Part shown: positions 1 to 13,009 of the stretch, piece by piece
Numbering within the stretch: the first letter of the stretch is position 1
Layout of the letters: each line of letters starts with the position of its first letter
Assembly: GCA_002269645.1 (NCBI GenBank)
Contig: NIVC01004311.1
Location: 1 to 50,892 of the forward strand
From: Macrostomum lignano
Lineage: Eukaryota
Direction of reading: 5' to 3'
DNA length: 50,892 bases
Notes under the pieces: generated by a model
Told to the model about the DNA's origin: nothing
What the model saw: the letters and a program-made list of their open reading frames with translations, nothing else
The model's database searches: none
Program-made: the position numbers and the translations under genes

Positions 1-567
1 ACGGATAGAAGGATCAACTGATAAAACTCGCCGATCTATACATGCATTCAGTTTGGTCCTTGTATTTTATCCGACCGTTCTCTGCGCTATCAGTGTGTAG
101 AAATGTATGCGTGTTGCACCGAACATCAATCTGTAGACTTTTAATATGCCTTTTTTCAGACTGGCATATCCTTGTTTTCTTATCGTTCTGTTAACCATAT
201 GTTTATAGTCTCCGCGTGGCATATCCTCGTTTCTTTATCATGTGACTGTACTACTGATGATGAGAGGTTAGTACCTTAACTATGGCCTGTCAATTATTGC
301 AATTAGAGCCCAAATAATTAATCACCGAGTTATTCCAACGAAGATTACCATTATGGTGAGAATGGCGTTGACACGTGTATTTTTCATTAAAATATTGCAA
401 ACGCTGATCAAGAATTATAGTTTACGGAATCTAATCTCGAAGTCTTAAAATGTTGTTTTTCCTGTCTTGCGCAAAACTCTGTAGCGACAGCTGCAAGAAA
501 ATATAATATCGAGAGAAATATAGGAATATAGCATTACTGCGCTGAGGCTGTCCGAGTTTCTCTCTTA

Positions 568-843
568 TCAGCGCCGGCCCCACCAGCCGCCCTTCTCAGA
601 ATCGAAGTACTTCTCCAGGCACTTCAAGTAGTCCCGGAGCTCCTTCTCGCTGCCCGGCGGCTTCGGCTTCGGGCAGGGATTCGAGACCGGGACCGGCCCC
701 TGCGGCGGATGGTGCGCCAGGACCTGCCGCGGGCTGGGCGCGGTGGCCTGCGGATGAGCGGCCGGCGAAGCCGTCAGCAGAATCGGCAGCAGTAGCAGAA
801 GCAGCAGCAGCTGAGCGCCTCGAAGATGCATCAAAGCTGGCAT
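568..843 (-). CDS. NPY/NPF-like neuropeptide precursor (91 aa, single exon), predicted C-terminal GGWW-amide
   Basis: ATG at 843. Leu-rich signal peptide ([28 protein letters not shown]), then a Pro-rich segment and the helix SEKELRDYLKCLEKYF. Tyr residues sit 17 and 10 residues from the amidated end, the invertebrate NPF spacing. Ends G-R-R-stop (amidation plus dibasic site). The ORF-track start at 912 is a TTG. Confidence 0.75.
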   Translation of the reverse strand: MPALMHLRGAQLLLLLLLLPILLTASPAAHPQATAPSPRQVLAHHPPQGPVPVSNPCPKPKPPGSEKELRDYLKCLEKYFDSEKGGWWGRR

Positions 844-928
844 GAAGTTTCCTTCAGTAGAATTTTTTAAAGTTCTCTGCTCAACTAAGACTGGGAACTT
901 TCTGATTGACAATCGTAGCCTTCCAGCG

Positions 929-967
929 ACTGAGTGAGCTTCGCATCAGTCGACTTTGCATTTTATA
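929..967 (-). promoter_or_regulatory. TATA box and Inr-like element upstream of the neuropeptide gene
   Basis: Minus-strand TATAAAA at 967-961, followed about 30 nt later by TCACTCAGT (937-929), roughly 90 nt before the ATG. Confidence 0.5.
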
Positions 968-1622
968 AGCCCAGCTTATCAGCGCACGGCTTATCAGAGC
1001 GTGGCTAATTGAGGCTCTGCGGCCAGCGGTGCAACTTCCTCTCGCTCCCTCGCCCTTCGTTCCAAATTGATGTCTGCAATAATTGCTATTTAAACATCTG
1101 TATTTTCCTTTGTTCTCGCCGCTTTGCTCATAGAAACAAGGTCAACACTGTTTAAACAGACCGAGTTAGCAAGAGTTAATAATTACTTTTGGCAGACCAA
1201 TGCGACTTGAGACTAAACTCTGCCATTTTAATCCCATTTTCTTCAGAAGAAAATTAATTAAGTACCGCTGGTGGAGGTCAGCTGACTTCGTTAGCAAATA
1301 CCTTAGGCCCTATATTATAGAAAGGGCGTAACACCAAATGAGTATCTTTCTAAGAAAGCTGCCAAGCTCCTGGAATTTAGTTGGTCTGAAACCAAGTCCG
1401 ACTTCCTTCAATGTCTCTGCTTATCCCTATTGTACTTAAGCGATCTCTGCTAGCTCCTACCGGTAAATTGCTTTTTATTAAAGGCGACTGTGTACTGTGT
1501 GCACCTTGGCGCACTTTAAGCAATATTGTCGCACAACCGGCGAGAGGCATTGCTGCCCATTCCACTAACTTGGGCATCTACGAGTACCAATAGAGGAAAC
1601 TATTCATACTAACCGAGGAATC

Positions 1623-2465
1623 TAATAATAATAATAATGTCACGCCTCGCGCCGAACACACAACTGGCCAAAGGGGGGGGGGCGTCAAATCGCGCGCTTC
1701 AGGGCAAGGTCTCTGACGTGCTTCACGCCGGCTGCCTGGCTGGGGGCTCGCGCATCATCGAAAAGACGGTCGATATAGCGAGCCGCTCGTCTCTGTCCGT
1801 GCCTGCGCGGTCCCTGCGGAGTCCCCAGTAGGGCGTCCTGCAGCGGCTCTGGGCAGTAGGCTTCGGCCCGGATGACATGCCCGGCAAGCCGCAGACGTCG
1901 CTTGCTTAGCAGGACAGAAGGCCGCGTCAGGCGCGCTCGCTGGTACAGGGAGTCGGTCGTCTCGCTGCCGGGCCGCGGCGGGCGCCGAACGCGGCACGAA
2001 CCAGAGCCGCATGCGCCGCGTCGAGCGGTCTCAACAACAGCCTGGAACAGCTGTTACCTGGCGCTGACCGACAGGGCCTTTGAGAGCAGCACCGCCCGAA
2101 CAGATCGAAAGGCGGCCCAGGCCTTGCCGCGCCATCTCGCCAGATCGTCGCTGACGTCCGGCACCAGCCCGCCGAGGTAGAGGAACTGAGGCACCTCGGG
2201 AGCACCGTCCCAGGGCCATCGCCGTCTCTGAGTCGAATCTCGGTGGGTAGATCGTGGGGCACCGTCAGCACCTCGGTCTTTTTGGCGTTGATGACGTGGC
2301 CGAACCTCGCAGCCGCCACAGTCAGGCCATCCAGCAGCCGTTGGGCGCCTTCGACCGTCGTGGACAGCAGGGCGAGGTCGTCCGCGTAGCCGAGGAGGGA
2401 CAGCCTCTTCTCCGGGTGTCGCCGACCGGTGCGCCTTTGCAGTAGAAAGCCGTCCTCTGCAGGAG
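1623..2465 (-). mobile_element. 5'-truncated, frameshifted non-LTR retrotransposon (LINE, RTE-like) reverse-transcriptase fragment
   Basis: Minus strand reads SLLGYADDLALLSTTVEGAQRLL (YADD at 2388-2377), then INAKKTEVL, FLYLGG and RRLRLAGHV across several frames. The 3' end is an (ATT)n tail at 1623-1638. Confidence 0.85.
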
Positions 2466-2635
2466 AAATCTGTCTTATTCAATACTTACAGTCACAAGCT
2501 TGAAGTTGCATATGCTAGTAGCTGGGGCCTAATATGCTCATTGCTCTTGCAGTTGACTCTTTGACTTACTTGACTTACTGTACTTACAAGGCAGTCCCGG
2601 GGGGACACAGCGGGAAGGCACGGACGCCCATTCCG

Positions 2636-3261
2636 CTAATTACTGAACGGCCGACGCGTCGTCGCTATGGACGGGGGTTGCTGCCGTGCCGTCCAGGTGG
2701 GTTCTTCGGTTTTGAATTTACTGCGTGTGGCTCGAAGGTAGCGCATGAGCTGATCGAGTTGATTTGAGTTGATCGGCGGCCTTGTCACCTGACCTGAGCT
2801 GCAGGAACTACAGTTGGGACGATTCGTGATTTCCTATTTATCTTGAACGCTCTCATCTAAAAAAAAAGTTTCTTGAAGCAAGGGCCACTAGAAGTTACCA
2901 TTACCATCTCCAATATTGTACTTCACTGCTCTCTGTTATCTCAGTGCTCTCTGCTAGCTCCAGCTATCCTTCAGTGGCTACCCATCCGATTCCTTACATT
3001 TTTGTTAAAAATATTTTAAAGTCAATTTTCAGAATTATTTACGTTTATTGCTACTAGCCTGGCGCTAGTAAGTAGTATGTACGAAACTCGCGCGTTCAAA
3101 TATTTATTTTTTGTTGTCAACAGAACCGATAAACAGAAACAAACGGCGGAATTACGGAAGGAAAATTGCCGCAATTAGTAGGAGGAAAAAAACAGAATGA
3201 GAAAGCAGAAATTCAGCTTGTTACTGGGTGCCTTCAGGCGTTTTTCTGACATTTTTTTCAT
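2636..3261 (-). pseudogene. Possible second, divergent peptide-precursor gene (two exons, one homopolymer frameshift)
   Basis: Exon 3261/3252-3156 reads MSEKRLKAPSNKLNFCFLILFF, then (+1 T in the T7 run at 3192-3186) FLLLIAAIFLP. Donor CC|GTAATT and acceptor TTCCTGCAG|C at 2798 are both phase 2. Exon 2 reads SGQVTRPPINSNQLDQLMRYLRATRSKFKTEEPTW...*, which aligns ungapped with the neighbouring peptide helix. Confidence 0.3.
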
Positions 3262-3879
3262 GATTTCTGAAACAGCTGAGCAGTGCGAGATATAGATAAG
3301 GGGGAGCAGGCAGAATGCATTGCACACTAGTCGCAGTAGTAAGCGGCGGGTCTAACGTGACAAATACTGACAAGGGAAATCCGAAAAATTGCTATTATTT
3401 TTGCTGCCGCGAAAGCAGCAATTATTGCGGCACTGGAATACTTTATTTACTTTCGACTCAGCTGTGGCAGAAACTGCAGATTTGAGCTCAGGAGAGGAGC
3501 GGACTGACAAATGTCTGGACAGCCAAGGTCAACGTGGGTCAAGATGGTGTCCAACAGCAATTTGGGTCCTAAGTGAATTTGCTGTACACCTTAGAGCCAA
3601 CCAAATGCAACAGGTTATTGCTGCAGAGAGCGCTACAGGTTGCCGCCCTGGCAGTCCTTATTGAAAAGTGATGAGGCAGAGAGACTGGGCTGCTGGGTTT
3701 CTGGCAACCTCAGAAGCAGCCATCGGGGATGGGGGTTAATTGAAGACTTTGGCGCGACTGTTAAATAATGATCTCCCGCTTTGACTTGAATTAATTCATT
3801 TCACCCAGCAAAACAGCCACCGTTCTGACCAAAGAAGCAGACGCGCTGCAGGCTTGAGCTCAGAAAAAGTTCCTCATCA

Positions 3880-5436
3880 TCAGGGCGTGCTCGGTTCCAG
3901 CTTCTCGCTCAGCGGCATCACCGTAGGAAGCTGCGGCTGCTGCTGTTGCGGCGGCGGTGCTGGCAGCGGCGGCTGCTGCGTCGGCGGCGGGGGAGACGAC
4001 ACGGAGATGGCCGCGGAGTCGGGCGAAGTCGAGCCGACGCCGCCAACGCCGATGACGCCGCCGCTGCTGTCGACAGAGCAGGGCGGCTCCGGAGACCGCA
4101 GCCCGGCGACCCGGTAGAGATCAAATCCGGGCACCGTGCGGCCTTCCTGCAGCGGCTTCACGTAGCGGCGTCGGGCATTGATGAACCAGTTGTTCACGGT
4201 GGTCTTGGTCAGCTGGGTGTCCCTAGCCAGGGCCTCCTTCTGCTCCTCGGACGGGTAGGGCTGGTGCAGGTGCGTGGCCAGCCAGTGGAACAGCTTCCTG
4301 CGCGCCGAGTAGGGCAGGTTGGGCCGCGAGCCCCGCTTGATGGAGCACCAGTCAAGGCGCAGAGAACCGACGCTGCCGCCTCCGCCACCGCCGCCGCCGC
4401 TGCAAGGCGAAGAGCCGAGAACTGCGGAGGACGGCGAAGCGGCAGCCGCGGACACGCCGGATCCGTGCTGCAGACGATGTCGCTGCTGGAGAAGCTGCGC
4501 CTGATGCTGATTTTCCACGCCGGCATCGGAGCCGGGACTGTCTGTTGCCGGCTGGGCTTCCCTGACTGCTGCGTCAGCCACTTCACCGGAGGCCACGACG
4601 GAGGTTGCCGACGAGGAGGATGAGGCCGACTGCGTGAGCGGCTGAGGCAGCTGGGAGGGATGCGACGGAGTTTGGAATGCGCTGGACTTGGACGGCTGGA
4701 AACTCTTGCGTAGCAGCTCCAGACTGCTGGTGGTGGTGGCGCTGCCTGTAGTCTGCGGGGGCGGCGGAGGCGGCGGCGGCGGCGGCAAGAACAGCGGAGC
4801 GGCCGCCTGGCCAGCGAAGGCGGCAAACGAGTGGTGCAGCGCCATCGGGCCGAGGGCGCCGCTGAAGAACGGGAAGCCCGGGTAGGAGGCTGCGGCGGCG
4901 GCGGCGGCTGCGTAGGACAGAAAGCCGTCGGAGCCGCCGGCCGACTCGGTGGTGTCCTCGGAGCCGGAGTGGTTGTTCAGCGCGTCGGGCCCCTCGTCGA
5001 GCTCCTCCTCCAGCTCCTCCAAGTCTTCTTCATCGACTTCATCACCGGAATTGACCGCGGCGAGCTCCTCGACCTTGACGTTGGGCGCGGAGCCGCCGCC
5101 GTTGGTGACGCGCTCAGTTGAGGAGATCGGCGTCGGTGACTGCAGAGGCAGCGCTGGCCGCGGCGGGGGCGTCAGGGGCAGCGGCTGCGGCAGGTGACGC
5201 CGCTTCTGCTGCTGCTGCTGCTGCTGCAGTTTCTGCAGTTGCTGCTTGTGCGGCTGCCTGGCGGGCGACTCGTTCGCAGGTCGCTTGCGCCTTGCCGGTG
5301 CCGACTTTGTGTCCAAGTTCACCGGGGATTCAGGCGACTTGTTGGCAGCCGCAGCAGCGGATGCGGCAGACGCGTTGCCGGCTGCTTCCTCGTCTTCTGA
5401 AGCTGCCGCCTCATCGGCCAGGCCGTTGCGGCTCGT
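3880..5436 (-). CDS. TALE-class homeodomain protein (Meis/Prep/TGIF-like), large terminal exon
   Basis: Homeodomain [61 protein letters not shown] has the TALE PYP loop and WFINARRR (Ile50), closest to the Meis pattern. It is flanked by poly-Ala/Gln/Pro/acidic tracts. Likely acceptor TTCGCAG|ACG at 5436 (phase 0); stop at 3880. Confidence 0.9.
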   Translation of the reverse strand, partial: TSRNGLADEAAASEDEEAAGNASAASAAAAANKSPESPVNLDTKSAPARRKRPANESPARQPHKQQLQKLQQQQQQQKRRHLPQPLPLTPPPRPALPLQSPTPISSTERVTNGGGSAPNVKVEELAAVNSGDEVDEEDLEELEEELDEGPDALNNHSGSEDTTESAGGSDGFLSYAAAAAAAASYPGFPFFSGALGPMALHHSFAAFAGQAAAPLFLPPPPPPPPPPQTTGSATTTSSLELLRKSFQPSKSSAFQTPSHPSQLPQPLTQSASSSSSATSVVASGEVADAAVREAQPATDSPGSDAGVENQHQAQLLQQRHRLQHGSGVSAAAASPSSAVLGSSPCSGGGGGGGGSVGSLRLDWCSIKRGSRPNLPYSARRKLFHWLATHLHQPYPSEEQKEALARDTQLTKTTVNNWFINARRRYVKPLQEGRTVPGFDLYRVAGLRSPEPPCSVDSSGGVIGVGGVGSTSPDSAAISVSSPPPPTQQPPLPAPPPQQQQPQLPTVMPLSEKLEPSTP

Positions 5437-5468
5437 CTGCGAATGCCAATCGGTTGGAGATTCTTGCA

Positions 5469-5878
<410 letters not shown>

Positions 5879-6319
5879 GGGCATATACACTCGTACAGAC
5901 GGATAGACGGACGGTGAGACAGACGGACACTAATACTAACTATATTCCAGTTTGCTTCTGTGTTTCGAAGAAAATCTAGATGCATTCAAACCACAGAGAA
6001 ACTGGCAAAGTGAGGCAGCTGATCCGATCCAGCTGACCCAGGGCCCTCCTGGTTATCCCCAGTAAACATCTGTCCATCAGGCCTGGCGGTCTTTCGCGCC
6101 CCAGTTCTGCTTGTTGACAGAAAACAGATCAACTTGCTGCTTCTGCTCTGCTCGACGGTGGGAAAGTTCTCTTTTAGTGCGGCTGCGATGCGCTTAAAAA
6201 CAGGTCCGAGTAGAAAAGCAGAATTGTGAAATTGCCCAGAAGCAGCAACGAAAAAGTAATCCGGAAGCCAGAAAGCTTTCAAGAAGCCAGAAAGAAGCCA
6301 GAAGCCAGAAAGGCTACTC

Positions 6320-6640
6320 TTAATTAATGTCGAGAGGAGGTGAGAGGATGGATGGGAGAAAAGAAAGGAGAGGAGAAGAGAAGGGAAAAAGAGGAGAGAG
6401 GTGAAGATAGAAAAGAGGTGAGAAGAGAGAGAAGATAGAGAAGAGACAAGAGACAAGAGGAGAGACAAGAGGAGAGAAGAAAGAAGAGAAGAGAAAAGAG
6501 GAGAGAAGAGAAGAGAAGAGTAGATGGAAGAAAGTGGAGAGAACGGTTAAGAGAAGAGAAGAGAATAGAGAAGAGAAGAAAAGAAAGAAAAGAGAAAAGA
6601 TGAGAGAGGAGAAGAGAACAGAAGTGAGAAGAGAATAGAG
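6320..6640. repeat. Purine-rich (AGAAG/AGAGG) low-complexity tract
   Basis: Almost entirely A/G with degenerate pentamer periodicity. Confidence 0.85.
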
Positions 6641-8114
6641 CTGAGAGGAGACACGAGCCTTGAGCAGGCCGGATTGCTATTATGAAAGCACCCAAAGGCC
6701 GGGGTTTGCCGGCTTAGGCTGAATGCCACAGCAAGGGCAGTAGCAGCAGGGCTAAAGTAGAAACAGAAAAACAGCGACAGACAGTCAGCATGTCAAAGGG
6801 CATTGAAGTTGGAAGAGACAGGCAGGATTAGAAGTAGCTGTCGCAGTGCACCAGGTGCCCCTGTCAAGCAGTCCCGGCCTCTGCCCCAAGCCTTGCTGCC
6901 ATGCAGCCCCGCAAAGACGGACATCCGAAAGCTGTCTGCCGGATGCTCCCCCACCCACTGTTAGCAGCGATTTCAGCCAAGGATAAGGGGCCAAGTGTCA
7001 ACAAGATTTCGCCCAGCCGCCCAATGGGAAAATTGGAGGGTTCCAAGCCCCTCTTTAGCTGGGGGATTTATTTATGCGATTAAAGTGATAACCGGCCAAG
7101 AGAGGGGAGGGGAGAGCCGGTCTGGCGGGGAACGCGGCTTGTTAGCGATGGGGCCGCAGAGGGCCTGATAGATCAGTAGAAATGGATGTCGCTGAAGCGA
7201 GAGGCGACCCCCCGGGGGTCTCGGCCCTAAGTGTGCGGCTCGGCAGGGCAGGCTGGGGTGACAGTTGTAGCCCGACAGCTGGCATGTCAAAGAGCGACGG
7301 GACACGGGGGGGGGCAGCACGCGAGCCCGAGAGCCGTCTCCCCGCCCCCACCACCCAAACCTGGGGGCACTGCAAGGCTGGAGAATTCAAAGCCGCCTTT
7401 TCTCTTATCTGTCAGTGTCATCTGTCAAACCGGGGGCCATTTGGGTTCCTCGCCCTCAGCCCCTTCTGTCGCCCCTCCCTGCCCAGCACGCAGCCCCATT
7501 CTGCTCCTGTCCCTCATTTGTCCAGCTCCTTAGCTCCTCCCGTGTTCCATCCTAATGTTTCTCTTAACTGCTGACTCCCAGCTCGGCGGGGTGCCCCCCC
7601 CCCCTGGGGAGTCGGCGGCGGCATAGACGGCTGAGTGGGAGTGGGGTGTCCCCTATTGCCTTGCTTCTAGGAGAAGATCTTCCGCAGAGATGGTTCCACA
7701 GAGAGCCCAGCTTTCTTGGCAGTTGAGAGACCTATCGAAGGGAGCTGACGAGGTGGCATTGAATTCGCGGTCAGGTGACATCAGGTGCATCCATTCTCAG
7801 ACAGAGACCTGGCAGGGAGAATCCAGAAGAGAGTAGGAGCCGCTTGAGAAAGGCAATCGGCAAGACAATTTAGCAATGATGGAAGTCACTTCAGAACCCC
7901 AGAAATGTCCTGCCCATTTGCCGGTCAGTCCTGCAGACTCTTTTATCCCTTCACTGCTGTTTTCGTCCAATTCCTGCCAATTCGTTCCAGATCCTCTGTA
8001 AGCCCTCCAAGCCTTGGCTGCTTCTCCCAGCCCAAACCCCTCGGTTTCTCCCCTGTCAGTTGGGGCTCCGGTCTCGGACAGGGGAGCTGAGGCCGCTGGG
8101 GCTGGGGAGGAGAG

Positions 8115-8359
<245 letters not shown>

Positions 8360-9484
8360 AGTGCTTTGGGAAGTCCGAGGTGAGCCCAGCCTGCAGCATG
8401 CTGCCTGCTGCCGCTGCAGCCCCCCCCGCTACGGTGAATTTGGGAGGCCGTGGGGGGAGGGGAGGCCAGCTGTCACTGTCACGCAGCCGCTTCTCCCCAT
8501 GCAGAGATCCTTTCATTTTTTAGAAAAATCCTGCCTTTTAGGCCCGGCGCCCAGGCCTTGGCTCAGCTGACAGCCATCCCCGCTGTCATCCCAAGGCTCC
8601 GCTCTGCTGCTTCCGCGGAATCGCCGGCTAAGAAGCAGAAATCCTCTTTCTGTCTGTCGCGCTCTCTCTCTCTATTTCTTCCCAAAACGCCTAAAAAGGT
8701 ATCCGAATCTCAACCTGATCCTGTAAGCCAGTTCCCACCTAATAGCTGCATCTTTGCCTTGCCTGTGCCAATTATTGATATCGGATGCACGGCAGGCCGG
8801 CTGTGCCAGACGGGGGGGGGGAGGCTGCGTCTTGTTGTCAGGGTAAATACCCACTGCCAGTTCGTCTTTTGTATAAAACCTGAATCTGCTCTCCATGCCA
8901 GGCGGATTTAAAATGCCCCCAGCCTGATGGCACTGCAGAGGTTGGATAATACACAGAGTAACTGGCTGGCATCCACAAAAGACGCGATGAGCTGGCAGGC
9001 TTAAAAGCATTGCAGCAAATGCGAGTTTGAGGCCCGCCTTTTATGCCCCAGCGTCGGGGGAGAAGAGCGAGAGCGAGAGAAGAAGAAGAAGAAGACTCAT
9101 AGCAGTCGCGCTGGGCTTTTCCTGTCCCAGAAATTTTCACACGGGTATCAAGCCGAACTTCCGGTTGGAATAGCAAAAATATCTGTTAGCTTGTTGCTCC
9201 GCCGGCTGCTTGACCGAGTAGGGGGTGCCGGGCCCCCCGCTTCCTGCAGCTCAGACTGGACCTCCAGCATGTCGTCTTGGGAATAGAAAATTGCAGGAGA
9301 GAATGGGGGGGGGAAGGCTGTGCAACAGATTGAAGGTGGGAGCAACGGAAAGGAAGTAAACAAGGAGGGAGAATGAAAATAAAGATGTAGAGAAAGAAAC
9401 AGGGAAGACTTGGTGAGAGCGAAGGTGGTTGATGAGGGGGAGCCAGCAGGAAAGAGTCAAAGAATAAGATGGAATCAAGACGGA

Positions 9485-10410
9485 ACAGCTGAGGAGCTCC
9501 TGAGACAGTCCTGACAGAAGCTTAAAGGACATGCAGCTGATGAGCTTCTGAGACAGTCATGACAGATGCCTGAAGGGCACGGTCAGGTGCAGCTGAGGAG
9601 CTCCTGAGACAGTCCTGACAGAAGCCTGAAGGGCACGGTCAGGTGCAGCTGAGGAGCTCCTGAGACAGTCCTGACAGAAGCCTGAAGGGCACGGTCAGGT
9701 GCAGCTGAGGAGCTCCTGAGACAGTCCTGACAGATGCCTGAAGGGCATGCAGCTGAGGAGCTCCTGAGACAGTCCTGACAGATGCCTGAAGGGCATGCAG
9801 CTGAGGAGCTCCTGAGACAGTCCTGACAGATGACTGAAGGGCATGCAGCTGAGGAGCTCCTGAGACAGTCCTGACAGATGCCTGAAGGACATGCAGCTGA
9901 GGAGCTCCTGAGACAGTCCTGACAGATGCCTGAAGGGCATGCAGCTGAGGAGCTCCTGAGACAGTCCTGACAGATGCCTGAAGCACATGCAGCTGAGGAG
10001 CTCCTGAGACAGTCCTGACAGATGCCTGAAGGGCATGCAGCTGAGGAGCTCCTGAGACAGTCCTGACAGATGCCTGAAGGGCATGCAGCTGAGGAGCTCC
10101 TGAGACAGTCCTGACAGATGACTGAAGGGCATGCAGCTGAGGAGCTCCTGAGACAGTCCTGACAGATGCCTGAAGGACATGCAGCTGAGGAGCTCCTGAG
10201 ACAGTCCTGACAGATGCCTGAAGGGCATGCAGCTGAGGAGCTCCTGAGACAGTCCTGACAGATGCCTGAAGCACATGCAGCTGAGGAGCTCCTGAGACAG
10301 TCCTGACAGATGCCTGAAGGGCATGCAGCTGAGGAGCTCCTGAGACAGTCCTGACAGATGCCTGAAGGGCATGCAGCTGAGGAGCTCCTGAGACAGTCCT
10401 GACAGAAGCC
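9485..10410. repeat. 48-bp minisatellite (GCAGCTGAGGAGCTCCTGAGACAGTCCTGACAGATGCCTGAAGGGCAT), about 19 copies
   Basis: Direct 48-bp periodicity. A few 57-bp units near the left end; variant units recur with a 6-unit period. Confidence 0.97.
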
Positions 10411-11350
10411 GGAACGCCCAGTCCAAAAGGCAAAATCGGTTGACACTGCGCAATTACGCAAACCTACCTGACTGCAGTCCGCACTCATGCCAACACTTAA
10501 CACTCAGGGTGCCACAAGCTCTGTGTGGTTTCTACCTCAGAATTCGGGCCGTCCCCCCCCCCTCTCTCTCTCTGCAGCTCGGCAATCTTCTGCGCAATTT
10601 TCATCTTGGCTCCGTGGCCCTCGGAGTGAGCGACCCATTGGGCCCCACCTTAGTGCCGGTCCGCATGCCGAACTACCTTTGCATGTCTCTGCCAGCTTCA
10701 ATGTTTATAACGCTTCAACCGTGTCTTGTAATGTCAAAAACGCGCGACCTGGGGGGAACTTTCTCACCGATGTCGCTGCGCAGACCCCCTGGTATAAAGT
10801 CAGTTGCAAAATTTATGCCCTGTTTGTGTTTGCATTTCCTATGTTTTGCTGCCCCACGCTGGCTACGGTATGTCATTAGCTCGGCTGCAGAGCCTGGTTG
10901 TCCCCCGCTCTCCGCATCTTCCCTTCCTAATCGCGTGGTCGAGTACCATTGTGTGATCTCGTGGTGCCGCTCCGACCACAGCTCACAGACGGGATCGGGA
11001 CCCCGATCGCCGAAATGATCTGCTCCAGGGGACATTGATACTGAAGGATTCCTTTTCTAAGAATCGTTGGATCTTCGATCCTCAAAGGGGAAGGGAGCAG
11101 AGCGGAAGCAATGGAACAGACGCTGTATATGAGTCTTGGAAATTGCATCACGTCATCGCGTGTCCCCAGCTTCACCGAGTCCAAGCTCGTTAATTTTCCG
11201 CTTCTAAAATCTCCCATAGTCCATCCTAATCCTTTAGGCAGGGATTTTCACTCAAAAATCCGGCGCAGATTTTTTAACTCGAACCAAAGCAAGAAAGCCG
11301 ACGCTTGACTGGAAGCCATTTTACTGTCACAAATTTACCGCTGACCCTTA

Positions 11351-11760
11351 GTGGCAGTGAAATAGTGGCAGTCAGATAGTGGCAGTCAAATAGTGGCAGT
11401 CAAATAGTGGCAGTCAAATAGTGGCAGTCAAATAGTGGCAGTCAAATAGTGGCAGTCAAATAGTGGCAGTCAAATAGTGGCAGTCAAATAGTGGCAGTCA
11501 AATAGTGGCAGTCAAATAGTGGCAGTCAAATAGTGGCAGTCAAAAAGTGGCAGTCAAATAGTGGCAGTCAAATAGTGGCAGTCAAATAGTGGCAGTCAAA
11601 TAGTGGCAGTCAAATAGTGGCAGTCGAATAGTGGCAGTCAAATGGCGGGCAGTAAAGTGGCAGGCAGTCAAGTAGTGGCAGTCAAATGGCGGGCAGTCAA
11701 GTGGCAGGCAGTCAAGTGGCAGGCAGTCAAGTGGCAGGCAGTCAAGTAGTGGCAGTCAAG
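11351..11760. repeat. 14-bp minisatellite (CAAATAGTGGCAGT)n, degenerating at the right end
   Basis: Direct 14-bp periodicity. A related short copy lies at about 12341-12367. Confidence 0.95.
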
Positions 11761-12049
11761 GGGCAGACTGCCGGCTGGAAGCAATTGTCAGCATCATTGA
11801 CACTTTTGCCAGTCCAACTGGGGAGATCAGAAAGCAGGAGAAGTGGAAGGCGGACCACCCACAGGGCCAGACAGGCAGTCCCGCATGCTGCTCGCCAGCA
11901 GGCAGCGGAAATTCGTGCCGAAGCCGCGGGCCCACCCCGTGCAGGCAGGTCCTGCCAGCGACTGTCTCGAGCCTGAACTAATATTCCAATACTATTTCTA
12001 CTCTGCATGGCACGGTCATAAAAACTTTTGACGCGAATGAATCGAATAA

Positions 12050-12053
<4 letters not shown>

Positions 12054-12102
<49 letters not shown>
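12054..12102. repeat. (GA)n microsatellite
   Basis: Perfect dinucleotide run. Confidence 0.95.
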
Positions 12103-12105
<3 letters not shown>

Positions 12106-13009
12106 TGGGTCGGAAATCCAGGTCAGAAACAGCACGACCGTAAACTGAAAAAACTCTGGACTGTATCGGATTCGAAAACGACATGCAGGCTTGCATGGGC
12201 CTTTGAAGCGCTGGTAAAGTGAAACAAAGACTGGTTGAGAGCCTGTGCCTCTGTGCTATAAGTGACTGAAGAGCTGAGTGACAATGTCTATATTTGAACT
12301 CGTAAACGCAGGCGGGGACTCGTTCTAGTGTTTTTTCTGCAGTGGCAGTCAAATGGCAGGCAGTCAGGCACCCGCAATGCTAATCATTTTTGAGAGAGGA
12401 CCCGTGATGTAGCAAAGCAGCCCAGCCTTGGCAAATATCTCACTGAACGCCGAGTCTACGGGCCCGAGGAATGCTCTGTACAATTCGATTCGCTAGCAGC
12501 AAGCACAATCCGCTTGGCGACCCCTTCAAAGAGCGGTTCAGCCACCGCCCGCCCCCCTCGATTAAAATGTAGCAATGCCAGCCTACTGGGGGGGGGGGGT
12601 AGCTTCGCCAAGCAATCGAGCCATGAATTCAGAAAAAAACTTTTTTTCATTTTCCTGGGAAATGCCGATCCTCTGACAGAGAGAGGCGGAAAATTTCTTT
12701 ACCGAGGCCTTCGAGCAGCTCGGGAGAGTCTCCGGTTTTCAGTTCAAGCGGGGTCCCGGTGCCCCCCCGCAGTGTCCCCCGGGCCAGCAACTTGAGTGAA
12801 TTCAGCAATGTCTCGAAGCTTACTCAAGCCTTCATTTTGTTTTTCCAGAGTTTCTATATTAGCAAACTTTTAATGAGGTTAGTGAAGGAATTTGACTGAG
12901 CCTGGTTGACTGACTGGCTGAGTCATTTGCTACACTATCGAGCTGCTCAAGTGTTGATGTCTAATTTCTAAGTTTCTTTCGATTTAGACCAGACAGAGGC
13001 CAAAACCAG

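Noticed and set aside
9148-9363. Possible extra exon of the homeobox gene (DDMLEVQSELQEAGG…)
   Set aside because: No convincing donor before an in-frame stop and no recognisable domain.
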